In this document: positions 9,055 through 18,877 of the stretch, piece after piece
Layout of the letters: each line of letters opens with the position of its first letter
Numbering within the stretch: position 1 is the stretch's first letter
IMG/VR virus record: IMGVR_UViG_3300042518_001688
Location: 1 to 64,000 of that record
DNA length: 64,000 nucleotides
Source: a virus
Strand: one strand, 5' to 3'
Translations under genes and position numbers: made by a program
The notes under the pieces: model-generated
The model's input: the letters and a program-made list of their open reading frames with translations, nothing else
Databases searched by the model: none
Told to the model about the DNA's origin: nothing

Positions 9055-9588
9055 ATGACCGCAGCAGTTACACTAACAACCAATTCGGGTTATTCATGGA
9101 CGACTTCAGTAAACAAGGATTTATCTTGCCAAGACATTCTTGATTACTTTCTGGACAGCAAATTTGATATTTACCCGACTTGCCACAATGAAGAACGTAT
9201 GGAGCGAGTTGTTAAAGTAAAGATCGTCACGAAAGGCAAAGAGAACGGAGAAGAATTTTATACAACCAAGTCATTCACATCTCAAAGATTCTTGGAGTCT
9301 CAAGACAAAGCCCAAAAAGCTCTTGAGGAAAGTGTGGCAAAGTTTTCCCGTGTATATGTCACACTCGGAAAACATGATGGCTACTTAAAAGGGGTTGTTG
9401 CGACTAACGATTGCGGCGACTGGTTTATGGGTTCTCACCGCGATCGCACGGTAGATATTGATTGGTCAAGAATGAAAAAGGTTGGACTACCTGAAAATTT
9501 AATCTTCTTATTCTCTACCTACAAATCCCTAGAGTTATTAGTAAGAAAAGGTGACAGTTTTGATGTTGTCTTTTCTTACGACTGGTAA
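9055..9588 (+). CDS. Hypothetical protein
   Basis: AAGGAG RBS before MTAAV. Confidence 0.75.
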   Translation: MTAAVTLTTNSGYSWTTSVNKDLSCQDILDYFLDSKFDIYPTCHNEERMERVVKVKIVTKGKENGEEFYTTKSFTSQRFLESQDKAQKALEESVAKFSRVYVTLGKHDGYLKGVVATNDCGDWFMGSHRDRTVDIDWSRMKKVGLPENLIFLFSTYKSLELLVRKGDSFDVVFSYDW

Positions 9589-9672
9589 CAGCGATCGCAC
9601 GAAGTAACTAACCCAAATCTCATGTTCGATTAGGACATGGGATTTTTTTATTATTCACACAGGAGTAAAATC

Positions 9673-10092
9673 ATGGAAATCAAAGCCAAGTACGTCACTA
9701 ATAAGTACATTGACATCTTTGTAGAGGGTGTCACCCCATCAGATACCCACTGGGGAGGGGTGAAAGCTATGCTTGAGGGTGCAAAATTCAAGTTAGAAGG
9801 ATTTGCCTACCGCCGCACATTCGACAACCCCACTGAGTTTAGTAAGTGGTTAAGACATACCAGATCATTAACTACTAAATTCGGTGGTACTGAACCAGAG
9901 GAAATAGTAGACCCACTGCAAAATCTCATGGACATGATTGCCGAGTTCGAGTCCCGGTTCGATGAAATGAACCAGGAGGTATCTGTCCTAAAAAAGTTCG
10001 ACATCTCCGCGCAGGAGAGATTGAACAGCTTGAAGCAGCAATTAGAGCAACAACCGGACAAAAAGCCCCCAGCAAGAAGAAAGAAAAAATAA
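9673..10092 (+). CDS. Hypothetical coiled-coil protein
   Basis: AGGAG RBS before MEIKA. Confidence 0.75.
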   Translation: MEIKAKYVTNKYIDIFVEGVTPSDTHWGGVKAMLEGAKFKLEGFAYRRTFDNPTEFSKWLRHTRSLTTKFGGTEPEEIVDPLQNLMDMIAEFESRFDEMNQEVSVLKKFDISAQERLNSLKQQLEQQPDKKPPARRKKK

Positions 10093-10133
10093 TCCCCGAC
10101 ACATTCACCCCAACCGTCAAGTTCCTGGATGAG

Positions 10134-11372
10134 ATGGGGTCGGACAATTTCATTGATATTGACTCTCGCCCTGACCTTGAGTGGGCTAAACGTCATAAAG
10201 GGGGTATCTACACTTTCCATCGAGGTCAACTGGGTATCGCATTCAACGTTCCCCGCAACTTGTGGTGGCAAATTCCCAAAGAATGCTATTTGGGGAGTAT
10301 TGATGATATCCCTCGTTACGTGGAGATTCACGAAGAGGGTTATCTTCCCTGCGTGTGGCGTGATGGGGAACACCGATTCGTCTATGCTAACCAGTTCTTT
10401 CCGGTGTATGCACCGGACAACCAACTGGTTGTTATGGACAAGTTATTACGGATTGCCTCTATTACCGAGCGATTAATAGAGGCAGAATCCACAGAACAGG
10501 ACGACACCCATTGCACCTATCTCCGTAATGGGTTAAACGAGTTGTATTCCGACTTCGTGACCAATTACGGTGCTATCCGCAACTATCAAGTTTACTGGGA
10601 CAATGACCTCTGGTGTGACATGAGGTTAGAGACGTATATCACTAACCTAGTTGATGGGTACGGCAAACTTGCCGACATCTTCACCAAAAGAACCAAGTTC
10701 CCACCTTCTGACCCCGTTGGGCAACAGTTCTTTCAAGATTCAATTCCTGACAGAGTTGAGTCTGCATTGTCTTGGTGTATGGCTTGGTTGGGTAAAGTTG
10801 ATGTTCCTCAAATAGCAGAAAAAGCAGGTGTTGATGAGGCGATCGCTCTGGAAATCCTGCTAGAAAATGAACTGGTTTACCGAGTTCCTGAAGTTGTTGA
10901 GCCTCAGTGGTGGGAAGTATTAGGGGTTGATAAAGATATTGACTCTGATTACCAACTCACGACTGCATGGAAGGAACAGCGCGAGGATGATATTACCTTT
11001 GCACTGACTCTCGATGAGGCATACAAGAAAGCCTTGCCGATAGTTACCTCCCGGTTGCCTTATCCCGACTGGGAGGAAACAGAGGAGGTGGTTATCCTGC
11101 ATCATGCAGGTGGTACTTATACCTATCAAAAAGTACCCTGCAAGTCCGCTCACGGGTACAGCATTGGCACTGTACCCAAAGACTTCAAAGAAAGGTCAAA
11201 AACGGAAACACCTGTGTTCCTGATGAAAGAGGACATAATCGGGGTTTTCGCCAACGAAACCAAGGCTATTCGATGCCTGATTGAATTATCTAGGCATCCA
11301 AAGGCATACATCCACTCTATTGATATGCAAGTCATTATCAAGTTCTATGGCTTGTCTGCACACTGGCATTAA
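10134..11372 (+). CDS. DarB-like central fragment with an unrelated C-terminal extension
   Basis: LRNGLNELYSDFVTNYG, ADIFTKRT, GKVDVPQIA resemble the linker of DarB/N12-type methylase-helicases; then WWEVLGV (J-domain-like start). Confidence 0.7.
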   Translation: MGSDNFIDIDSRPDLEWAKRHKGGIYTFHRGQLGIAFNVPRNLWWQIPKECYLGSIDDIPRYVEIHEEGYLPCVWRDGEHRFVYANQFFPVYAPDNQLVVMDKLLRIASITERLIEAESTEQDDTHCTYLRNGLNELYSDFVTNYGAIRNYQVYWDNDLWCDMRLETYITNLVDGYGKLADIFTKRTKFPPSDPVGQQFFQDSIPDRVESALSWCMAWLGKVDVPQIAEKAGVDEAIALEILLENELVYRVPEVVEPQWWEVLGVDKDIDSDYQLTTAWKEQREDDITFALTLDEAYKKALPIVTSRLPYPDWEETEEVVILHHAGGTYTYQKVPCKSAHGYSIGTVPKDFKERSKTETPVFLMKEDIIGVFANETKAIRCLIELSRHPKAYIHSIDMQVIIKFYGLSAHWH

Positions 11373-11393
11373 CAAACATTAGGAGAAAATATC

Positions 11394-14300
11394 ATGGCTT
11401 ATCAAGATAAACGTACATTTTTGAGTGGTGACTTAGGCGAGAAATTAGAAAGGGTTAGAAGAGTAGTAGAAATAGATCCATCTTTTAAAAGAGAAGAGGA
11501 AGCGATCGCTAACGCTATCCCCAAACAAATACCTATTGAGTTGATTGACCTTTCCCCTGGTACGCAATGGATACCCACTACAACTTATGAAGAATTTATC
11601 TTGGAAACCTTTGGGGTTGAATGCAAGCTATTCTTCTCCCCCACTATGGGAGTATGGGACATTGTTGTCACAGATAACAAAGCACTAAAGAGTGAAAATA
11701 ATCCCCACGTCGAAGTTACCAAGAGAGAGAAGGGTGAAGACTATCAAGCGTGGGTTTATGCGATCGCTGAATCCATCAACAATGGTATTTTCACTTCTAT
11801 GTTCCACTTTAAATCCCCACCTGGGATTCAGTATGATACTGACAAGCAAGTTGTCAGAGCAAAGCAGGATGAACTCACGGATACTTTTGTTAAATGGTGC
11901 AGGAAAAATAAAGGTGAGGAACTGCAAAAACTGTATAACCGCAGATTTAATAGTGCGGTAATTCCTAACTGGGATAATTCAGCACCTAAGAACCTGAAGG
12001 AAATATTAAAAACTGCTGGTATGACTGGCAGGTTAAACGGTGTTAAAAAGTTTATTGATGTCTTTGTCCAAGAAGACGGAAGTGTTGTACAAGAAGAACG
12101 GATTGTAGAGGATGGGGTGCTATGGGTAGATGCGCTTCGCCCTTACCAGTTGGATGCAATATGGCGCATGGCTACCCAACCCTGCAACGGATTGTTAGGG
12201 CTGGAGGTAGGGTTAGGTAAAACCGCCTGTGGTATTGCCACTGCTATGTTGAGAAGGTATCTGAAAACCAGCAACTTGACGATGGTTGTGGTGCAAAAAT
12301 CCACCCTGCTCCAATTCGATAAAACCTTTCGGGAGATGTTTCCCAACGCCAAGGTTCTATGCGCCAAGAGTAATGACATGAATCAAAAATCAAGGCAATC
12401 GTTCTTGGCGAAGGCTGTCCTGTGGGAATGGGACGCAATCATCCTAACTCATGATAATTTTCAAGCAATTCCGGTGCGATCGGAAACAAATCGGGTTTAT
12501 ATCCAAAGAAAACTCGATTTGATTGAGTGGGAGATGACATCTATTGAATCATCTGGTGAAGTGTCCTATAAAACCAAGGGGAGGAGAGGTAACTACGTCC
12601 TCAAAAGGCTAGAGGCGGAAAGGGATAAGCTCAACAACGATTTATTAAAGTTAGAAAAGGACAGAGACGGTGGTATCCGCTTTGAGGATATTAACCCCTC
12701 GCTATTAATAGTAGACGAGGCGCAGAAGTACAAGAACAATCACTATGCCTCAAAAATCCAAGCCAAGGGGATTGGTGGTTCTCAATCCAATATGGCTCAA
12801 GACCTGGATATAAAGTTAGGGTTCTTGCGAGAAACCCGTGATAACCCTAACTTCCTGTTATTTATGACAGGAACGCCCGAACCCACCAATTCAATTGCGG
12901 GGGTGTATGTTTACCAGATGTATTTACACCCTGAAGAGTTGGAGAAACGAGGTATCAAACATTTTGACGCTTGGGCGCATCAGTTTGGTAAAGTTGTAAC
13001 TCGTGCCGAATACTCCCCGTCAGGGGGATTTGTGGAAACCACAAGGTTCTGCAAGTTTGTGAATATGCCTGAGTTATCGCTAATGTACAAGATGTCGCTC
13101 CACTACAAGCGATACTACCATGTGCAAGGTCAAGCAGGGTTCAAAAGACCAGAACCAAAAGAAATGAGGGTATCTTCACCGCTAACTGACTTCCAGATAC
13201 GTAGGATGGATCAGCTTTGCGATCGCTACAATGCACTCAAAATCGGCGTTCCTCTCAGATTCCCTGATCGGGACAACAGGGACGGGTGCTTGATTTACCA
13301 AGAAAGAGACTCAGAAGGCAAGAAGATAGGTAAACCGCAACGACTATACCATCCAGGGACGACTAACCCCATCAAGGATGAAAATGTTGCTAGTGATTAC
13401 GGACTTGTTTGGAGCGATCGCCCCGACGGGTATCTTGATGTCTATAACGAAATGCGGCGGTTAATGATTGCCCCGCAGTTTGAAGACCTTGATGAAGTCG
13501 TATTCAGTACCGATAAGATTGCTAAATGTGCCAGAAATATCTACCGGATATGGAAGGCAACAAAGAAAAGGCAAAGCACTCAGTTAGTATTCTTGGACAT
13601 GGGTGCGCCTAACGGTGGTTGCAAATTCCAAGCCTATCAATGGTTAAAAGAGCGATTAGTTGAATATGGGATACCCAAGGGAGAAATTGCCTTTATTCAA
13701 TCGGCAAAAACTGACCAAGCAAAAGCCGACTTATTCGATAAGGTTAACGCTGGTGAGGTTAGGGTACTAATCGGACACCGTGAGTCTATGGGTGTTGGGG
13801 TCAATGTCCAGAAGAAAGTTGTCGCCATGCACATGGTAGACATCCCATTCCGTCCTGACCAGAATGAGCAAGCGATCGGTAGAGGTATCAGGGATGGCAA
13901 CGAGAACGAGAAGGTTCTCATTCTCTGGTATATTTACCGCGCCAAAAAAGGCAGTAGTCAATGTAGTGCTGATACTGCATCAATGGATCTATTAGCCATT
14001 AAAGCTAAACAGCAATTCCAAGTTCTTGACGGTGACGCTACCGCTAGAGAGGTAGAGGAAGAAGACCATAAGAGTGCCGCTTACGCTGCTTTATCAGCCT
14101 ACGCCACTGGCGACCCAAGGCACATGGAATTGGCTAACTTGAAATCTGACATAGTTGGTGTATACGCCAAACATCGGTTGCTGGAAACCGAAACCATTGA
14201 CTTGAGAATTAATTTGTCTTCAACCCAAGAGCGTATCAAGAGCATGACCAGGAAACATGAGTTCTTACTTCCTGATGTGAATAGTGTAGAGACTAACAAA

Positions 14301-14909
14301 CATCGGTACTTCTCCGACAACCACTTTGCAATAGTGATTCATTCCAGAGGTGGGATACCAATGCTGTACGCTGGTTTCCAGAAGGGTTCTGAGTCCTTCG
14401 AGTTGGATGTACTGGAAAAAGTGGATAGGTGTGTTATTCGATATGAAGATGAGAAAGCTGTTAATACTCGACTAAGTATTGGGCAATCTCAGGAACGCGC
14501 ACGATTGGCATTACGGGGTAATATTTCCGACTTAGAAATGAAATATCAGGACACACCCATGCCTCAAATCCCAATTACAACAATTGGTTCTATTGGTGGT
14601 ATGCCCATCTTGTATCGAGCAAGAATTGGCTTGTTCTTGCAGGGATACGACCAAAACTACGAGATTAGTAGGGGGGAAACGGTAGTTCTCAAGAATATCA
14701 TAGGGGCATACTTGGGTATCCCCCAAAGACAACAGGCGATCGCTGACAACATCAAAAAAGCAGAAGATTCTATCGCCCCAATGAGCAAGGATCTTAATGA
14801 AAAATCACTCAGAAAGAGTGAAATAGCCAGGGAGTTGGAGGAAATGGAGTTCCGTAAAGCCCAACTTGAACGGGAGTTACATCCCAAAAAGGATGCTCCT
14901 ATTGAGTAA
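11394..14909 (+). CDS. DarB-like SNF2-family helicase
   Basis: FLSGDLGEKL start, LRPYQ, EVGLGKT, DEAQKYKN, MTGTP, GVGVNVQ, QAIGRGIRDGN. Confidence 0.88.
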   Translation: MAYQDKRTFLSGDLGEKLERVRRVVEIDPSFKREEEAIANAIPKQIPIELIDLSPGTQWIPTTTYEEFILETFGVECKLFFSPTMGVWDIVVTDNKALKSENNPHVEVTKREKGEDYQAWVYAIAESINNGIFTSMFHFKSPPGIQYDTDKQVVRAKQDELTDTFVKWCRKNKGEELQKLYNRRFNSAVIPNWDNSAPKNLKEILKTAGMTGRLNGVKKFIDVFVQEDGSVVQEERIVEDGVLWVDALRPYQLDAIWRMATQPCNGLLGLEVGLGKTACGIATAMLRRYLKTSNLTMVVVQKSTLLQFDKTFREMFPNAKVLCAKSNDMNQKSRQSFLAKAVLWEWDAIILTHDNFQAIPVRSETNRVYIQRKLDLIEWEMTSIESSGEVSYKTKGRRGNYVLKRLEAERDKLNNDLLKLEKDRDGGIRFEDINPSLLIVDEAQKYKNNHYASKIQAKGIGGSQSNMAQDLDIKLGFLRETRDNPNFLLFMTGTPEPTNSIAGVYVYQMYLHPEELEKRGIKHFDAWAHQFGKVVTRAEYSPSGGFVETTRFCKFVNMPELSLMYKMSLHYKRYYHVQGQAGFKRPEPKEMRVSSPLTDFQIRRMDQLCDRYNALKIGVPLRFPDRDNRDGCLIYQERDSEGKKIGKPQRLYHPGTTNPIKDENVASDYGLVWSDRPDGYLDVYNEMRRLMIAPQFEDLDEVVFSTDKIAKCARNIYRIWKATKKRQSTQLVFLDMGAPNGGCKFQAYQWLKERLVEYGIPKGEIAFIQSAKTDQAKADLFDKVNAGEVRVLIGHRESMGVGVNVQKKVVAMHMVDIPFRPDQNEQAIGRGIRDGNENEKVLILWYIYRAKKGSSQCSADTASMDLLAIKAKQQFQVLDGDATAREVEEEDHKSAAYAALSAYATGDPRHMELANLKSDIVGVYAKHRLLETETIDLRINLSSTQERIKSMTRKHEFLLPDVNSVETNKHRYFSDNHFAIVIHSRGGIPMLYAGFQKGSESFELDVLEKVDRCVIRYEDEKAVNTRLSIGQSQERARLALRGNISDLEMKYQDTPMPQIPITTIGSIGGMPILYRARIGLFLQGYDQNYEISRGETVVLKNIIGAYLGIPQRQQAIADNIKKAEDSIAPMSKDLNEKSLRKSEIARELEEMEFRKAQLERELHPKKDAPIE

Positions 14910-14991
14910 AGTATCAGGATATATTTTAGATATAAGCCGCACGGGGTGACTAAGTGCGGTATGTTCGATTCGATTATTACCAAGGAGAGCT

Positions 14992-15240
14992 ATGACATTA
15001 CAGGAATTACTGCAAGGCAAGTACAATGTAGTCGAATATCGGGGTGTTTCCATTAACAGCTTCGGTGATTATGTTGCTGGGCCTGAAAAATTTGAATTAG
15101 AGGATGAACTTGATCTTGGTGGTTTCTGCTGGGACTACGAGCTTGACGAAGAAGCACCTGATGACTTCTTAAACAAACCATCAGGTGGGGTGGTCGTCAA
15201 AGACCAAGATGGTCACAGGTTTGTTTACGTTTTCAAATAG
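14992..15240 (+). CDS. Hypothetical protein
   Basis: AAGGAG RBS. Confidence 0.7.
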   Translation: MTLQELLQGKYNVVEYRGVSINSFGDYVAGPEKFELEDELDLGGFCWDYELDEEAPDDFLNKPSGGVVVKDQDGHRFVYVFK

Positions 15241-15373
15241 AGTAAATAGCGATAGCGATCGCACAAACCAAAAGCGATCGCGTCAAACAGCACATATAGT
15301 GAAAAATAAACGATAAAACCCAATCAAGAGGCGATCGCCTTAATTGAGCAAGGACTGAAAAGATTAAACATAG

Positions 15374-15709
15374 TTAACTCCTAGTAATAGTAGAGATTCT
15401 GTAGTTTCCAGAAGTCCCAGCATAAGTGTAAGTATCTGTTACTGATAAAGATAAGGAAGCAGATGAATAAGTAATTGTAGAAACTCTTGCATCGGCAGTA
15501 CCAGCATCTAAATAAGAATAAGTTTCTACCTTGTCATTAGCTATTAATATTTGCTCTATTTTAGTTTTTGCGGGAATGCGATCAAGTAAAGTTGTGAAAT
15601 TTACGTTAGCTGCTGCCTCAGCGTTAGCGATCGCTTGTCGGGCTTGTTCTTCAGAGTAAGTGCCACCTAGTCCGTCAAGTGGTAAGTAATCGTCTAATTT
15701 GTTAGTCAT
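15374..15709 (-). CDS. Putative virion-associated protein
   Basis: Thr/Ser/Tyr-rich beta-type sequence next to the portal. Confidence 0.5.
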   Translation of the reverse strand: MTNKLDDYLPLDGLGGTYSEEQARQAIANAEAAANVNFTTLLDRIPAKTKIEQILIANDKVETYSYLDAGTADARVSTITYSSASLSLSVTDTYTYAGTSGNYRISTITRS

Positions 15710-16169
15710 GAGGTCTAATCAGTAAATTAAAATTAATAACCTGTCCAGATGTGGGAGTAAATGGTGTCCGAGTCGAACACAGCCCATAAAGTCTGCGTTC
15801 TTGACAAGTAAAAAGTATAGGATTAAACACAGGAACAGAAATAGCGATTGTACTTCCAGTCCCCTCAGTCATCCAGCCAAAAAAGTCTATAAAGCCAACT
15901 GGGGTTTGTTTGAGTGTAAATACTTCGTTGTCAGCGATCGCATCTACCACGTCTTCAAATAGATAAAGTCGTAATAACCCATCCATGCTGATGTTGTTGG
16001 TAGAGCAAACAGCACCATGTATTGCACCACTTCCGCGAGGGATGCGGTTAGCTTTGTCGAAAGTTAGGATTTTAGCAGGCGATTCCCCTACTGCGTCGTT
16101 AGCTGCATAAGGTGTAGTATTAGCTGGTCTGGTATAGCTTGCGGTGATCATGGGGATTGGGAAGAACAA
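15702..16169 (-). CDS. Putative virion-associated protein
   Basis: TRPANTTPYAANDAV motif typical of phage structural genes; start uncertain. Confidence 0.55.
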   Translation of the reverse strand: MFFPIPMITASYTRPANTTPYAANDAVGESPAKILTFDKANRIPRGSGAIHGAVCSTNNISMDGLLRLYLFEDVVDAIADNEVFTLKQTPVGFIDFFGWMTEGTGSTIAISVPVFNPILFTCQERRLYGLCSTRTPFTPTSGQVINFNLLIRPHD

Positions 16170-17610
16170 CCACAGTTATAGTTCCCTGCTTACCGTGCTT
16201 TATCCTTCCCAGCAAAAGGTTACTGTCAGTTCCCCAAAGATCACAGACATCAGACAATCCGCCCTTGCCCCTATGTCGGGGCAAATTACTAGCACTATTG
16301 CTAGATTGTCACAAGATGCTATCCAAGAAATTACCCGATTAAAGGGTAAATATAAATTGGATGAATTAATTGCAATGCTGAAATACGACCCCACAAGTAA
16401 GGCTTGTCGGCGGTTAAAAGCTTTGCGGGTACAAACGGCATTGGGAGACTATGGACACCCAGACAAAGATATAGATAAATGGGTACACGGCAACCTTGAT
16501 GAAATGGAAGGAACTCTACAAGAAGCGGCTGGGCATTTGTCTAATGCGATGGGATTGGGAACAGCATTGTGTGAAATTGTGCTTGATAACCGAGTACCTG
16601 GAAGATGGGGGGAGTGGAGATTAAAAGCATTAAACCCACTGGATATTACCAAGGTGACTTTTCGGGGAACGAAGGGGAAGATTACGGAAGTTGTTTATTT
16701 AGACGGTGATGGTAGGAAGAAATATATCCCCTACCATCGCGTAATTCACATCGTTAATGATCCAGAAATGGTATTTAATGATCCATTTGGTGCGGCTGAA
16801 TCTGAATCAGCTATGCCTTATTACAAATCTAAGCAATCTCTAACTGCCGAAATGCTGGTAGCAGGTAAAAACCAAGCTACGGGGATTCTTACTGCTTTTG
16901 CTGATAGCAACGACTCTGTAAGGTTGTTAGATGTTAATGGTAATCCACAGAAGAATATGGACGGTAGCGATAAAATCGTTTCTTCTGTTGAATCCTTGGC
17001 GTATCAATTAACTAATCTAGAAAATTCTAATGTTATTGTTACTGACTTAAAAAATAAAATTGTTCCCTTGGCAATGCCAACGGGGGATAGCTTCTTTATT
17101 AATAATTTGCAATACTTAAACAGGCAAATAATGTTGTCTTTCGGCGTGAGTGCCTTGATGTTTGATGAGGGAAGCATAGGGGGATTAGGTAACTCTGGTA
17201 TTTCTCAATCGCACAAATCGGTTCTTGATTCCCAGATTGATGGGATTGTTAAACAGATCCGGGACAAATTACTGGAAAAAGTAATTAAGCAGTTATTGAC
17301 TTATAACTTCGGTTCAAAGTATGCGAGGAATTTGGGGACGTTTGCCGTCAGTGCCAGCACCGACCCCAATATTATTATCTCTAAGGGCAACTTCTTATTA
17401 TCTGCCATTACTTCAGGTGCAATTCCCGCAAGTGACATCTCGGCTATTAATGTCCTGCGGGAAATGTGCGGTGTACCTAAAATTGATATGGAGGAGCAAC
17501 AAAGGATGATGAATGCTCAACTAGACCAACAGATGCAGCAACAACAAATGCAACAGGGGGCGATGCAACCACCACAACCGGGGGCTGAAGCTATGGGGCA
17601 ATATCCTTAA
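16144..17610 (+). CDS. Phage portal protein (DUF935/Mu gp29-like)
   Basis: GTALCEIV, DPFG, FINNLQYLNRQI, Q-rich tail, ~480 aa; start uncertain. Confidence 0.7.
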   Translation: MIMGIGKNNHSYSSLLTVLYPSQQKVTVSSPKITDIRQSALAPMSGQITSTIARLSQDAIQEITRLKGKYKLDELIAMLKYDPTSKACRRLKALRVQTALGDYGHPDKDIDKWVHGNLDEMEGTLQEAAGHLSNAMGLGTALCEIVLDNRVPGRWGEWRLKALNPLDITKVTFRGTKGKITEVVYLDGDGRKKYIPYHRVIHIVNDPEMVFNDPFGAAESESAMPYYKSKQSLTAEMLVAGKNQATGILTAFADSNDSVRLLDVNGNPQKNMDGSDKIVSSVESLAYQLTNLENSNVIVTDLKNKIVPLAMPTGDSFFINNLQYLNRQIMLSFGVSALMFDEGSIGGLGNSGISQSHKSVLDSQIDGIVKQIRDKLLEKVIKQLLTYNFGSKYARNLGTFAVSASTDPNIIISKGNFLLSAITSGAIPASDISAINVLREMCGVPKIDMEEQQRMMNAQLDQQMQQQQMQQGAMQPPQPGAEAMGQYP

Positions 17611-17939
17611 TCCCCCACTAACCTGTATTTCATAACGGGAACTTTATCGTCAGTCAAAAAAGACTCGATCACACCTTCGGCAACTAATTGTTTGTAGGCG
17701 ATCGCTAGTTGGGAGTAAGAAGCTTCAGTAATTTGCTTGATTGCCCCAGGTGTAAGACCCCGGACTACAAGCAAATCCTTGATTCTATTTTTCAAAGCTT
17801 CCACATGACGACGGTTAGATCCTTTTAATGGATGCTCGTAGGTGTCGGGGTGAGTAAATTCTGTACCAATCCCAGTAAAAACAGATTCTTCATGGAGAAG
17901 AGTGGGATCAACCCGGTAATGGATGCAAGCTAAATTCAT
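17607..17939 (-). CDS. Putative winged-helix protein
   Basis: LTPGAIKQIT...YKQLVAEGVI. Confidence 0.5.
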   Translation of the reverse strand: MNLACIHYRVDPTLLHEESVFTGIGTEFTHPDTYEHPLKGSNRRHVEALKNRIKDLLVVRGLTPGAIKQITEASYSQLAIAYKQLVAEGVIESFLTDDKVPVMKYRLVGD

Positions 17940-18388
17940 GCTTGACCCCCTTCCTGTTCGGCTTTAAGGGCATCCATTTTTGCTCTCTTACTCCAGTTGG
18001 CTACGGGTTCGCGTGTTGGTATCGCGTCTGGAGGCGTGGCTTTAGCGAGTCTTTCTTTGAGCCTCCTAGATGCGAAGAATTTAACTGATCTGCGTGGAGG
18101 TATGTGAACTAACTGCCTTTCGGCATTACTCACAGAATCTTTGCTAATCTGATGTGGACCCCTGATAACTGGTAAATTTGTGGTTCTGGGCTTGGTTATC
18201 CAAGTCTGTGCAGAAAATAACCCTGGCCAATCTATCATCTCTCCTCTTTCAAGGTGGTCTACCGCAATCTCCACCATTGCTTTCATCACCATAGCGACGC
18301 GACGTTTCCCAAGTCCAGTTTTTTCTATTACTAACTTGCGCCACCTGACTGGAGTTAGTGCGCCTTCTGGGATATTTCTAGTTGCCAT
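17936..18388 (-). CDS. HU/IHF-family DNA-binding protein
   Basis: LERGEMIDWPGLFS...KPR...IPPRRSVKFFASRRLKE. Confidence 0.8.
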   Translation of the reverse strand: MATRNIPEGALTPVRWRKLVIEKTGLGKRRVAMVMKAMVEIAVDHLERGEMIDWPGLFSAQTWITKPRTTNLPVIRGPHQISKDSVSNAERQLVHIPPRRSVKFFASRRLKERLAKATPPDAIPTREPVANWSKRAKMDALKAEQEGGQA

Positions 18389-18478
18389 ATAACTATGCCT
18401 GCCAGCAATAATAATTTATTAATTCAAGATAGCAAAATAGCGATCACACTAGCAATAAATAGGCGATCGCTTAATTAT

Positions 18479-18754
18479 TTATTTTTTCTTCTGATAAGTT
18501 TGTCTCTCTGGCGCGTGATTTTTGTGGGCTTCGCAATATGGATAGATTGCGTCGCTTCTTAAACCAGGATTACACACAAGGCAGTTCATACTAGCTGCTA
18601 TTTCTTCAGGTGGCCAAACCGGAAAACCTGAGTCTGATATTTTCTGTAAAAGTTCAACATGATATGCCCTGATGATTCTGTGGCGGTGAGTAGGGATATC
18701 TTGTTTAAATAACAAAATATAGTCAGAATTGTTGAAATCTAAACGAATATACAT
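18479..18754 (-). CDS. Small protein with C-terminal CxxC...CxxH Zn finger
   Basis: CLVCNPGLRSDAIYPYCEAH. Confidence 0.7.
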   Translation of the reverse strand: MYIRLDFNNSDYILLFKQDIPTHRHRIIRAYHVELLQKISDSGFPVWPPEEIAASMNCLVCNPGLRSDAIYPYCEAHKNHAPERQTYQKKK

Positions 18755-18780
18755 ATTTTAAAGATACGGACACTTTACTA

Positions 18781-18810
18781 TTGACAAGGATAAAATATAA
18801 TGATTTAATA
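18781..18810 (+). promoter_or_regulatory. Sigma70-type promoter
   Basis: TTGACA-17-TTTAAT, followed by a leader hairpin GAGGC...GCCTC. Confidence 0.55.
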
Positions 18811-18877
18811 TAAATGTGAGGCAAGGGAGACAGCCCAAGCCTCAAAAGTAAATCAAGTAAGTTAAGGAAATTATATC

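Noticed and set aside
4527-14977. Repeated motifs as a CRISPR array or integron attC sites
   Set aside because: Spacing is kilobases and irregular; no RYYYAAC/GTTRRRY box architecture; no integrase or cas1/2 seen
16020-16045. RGSGA in the 155-aa ORF as another PatS-like motif
   Set aside because: Lacks the final Arg and lies inside a structural-type protein
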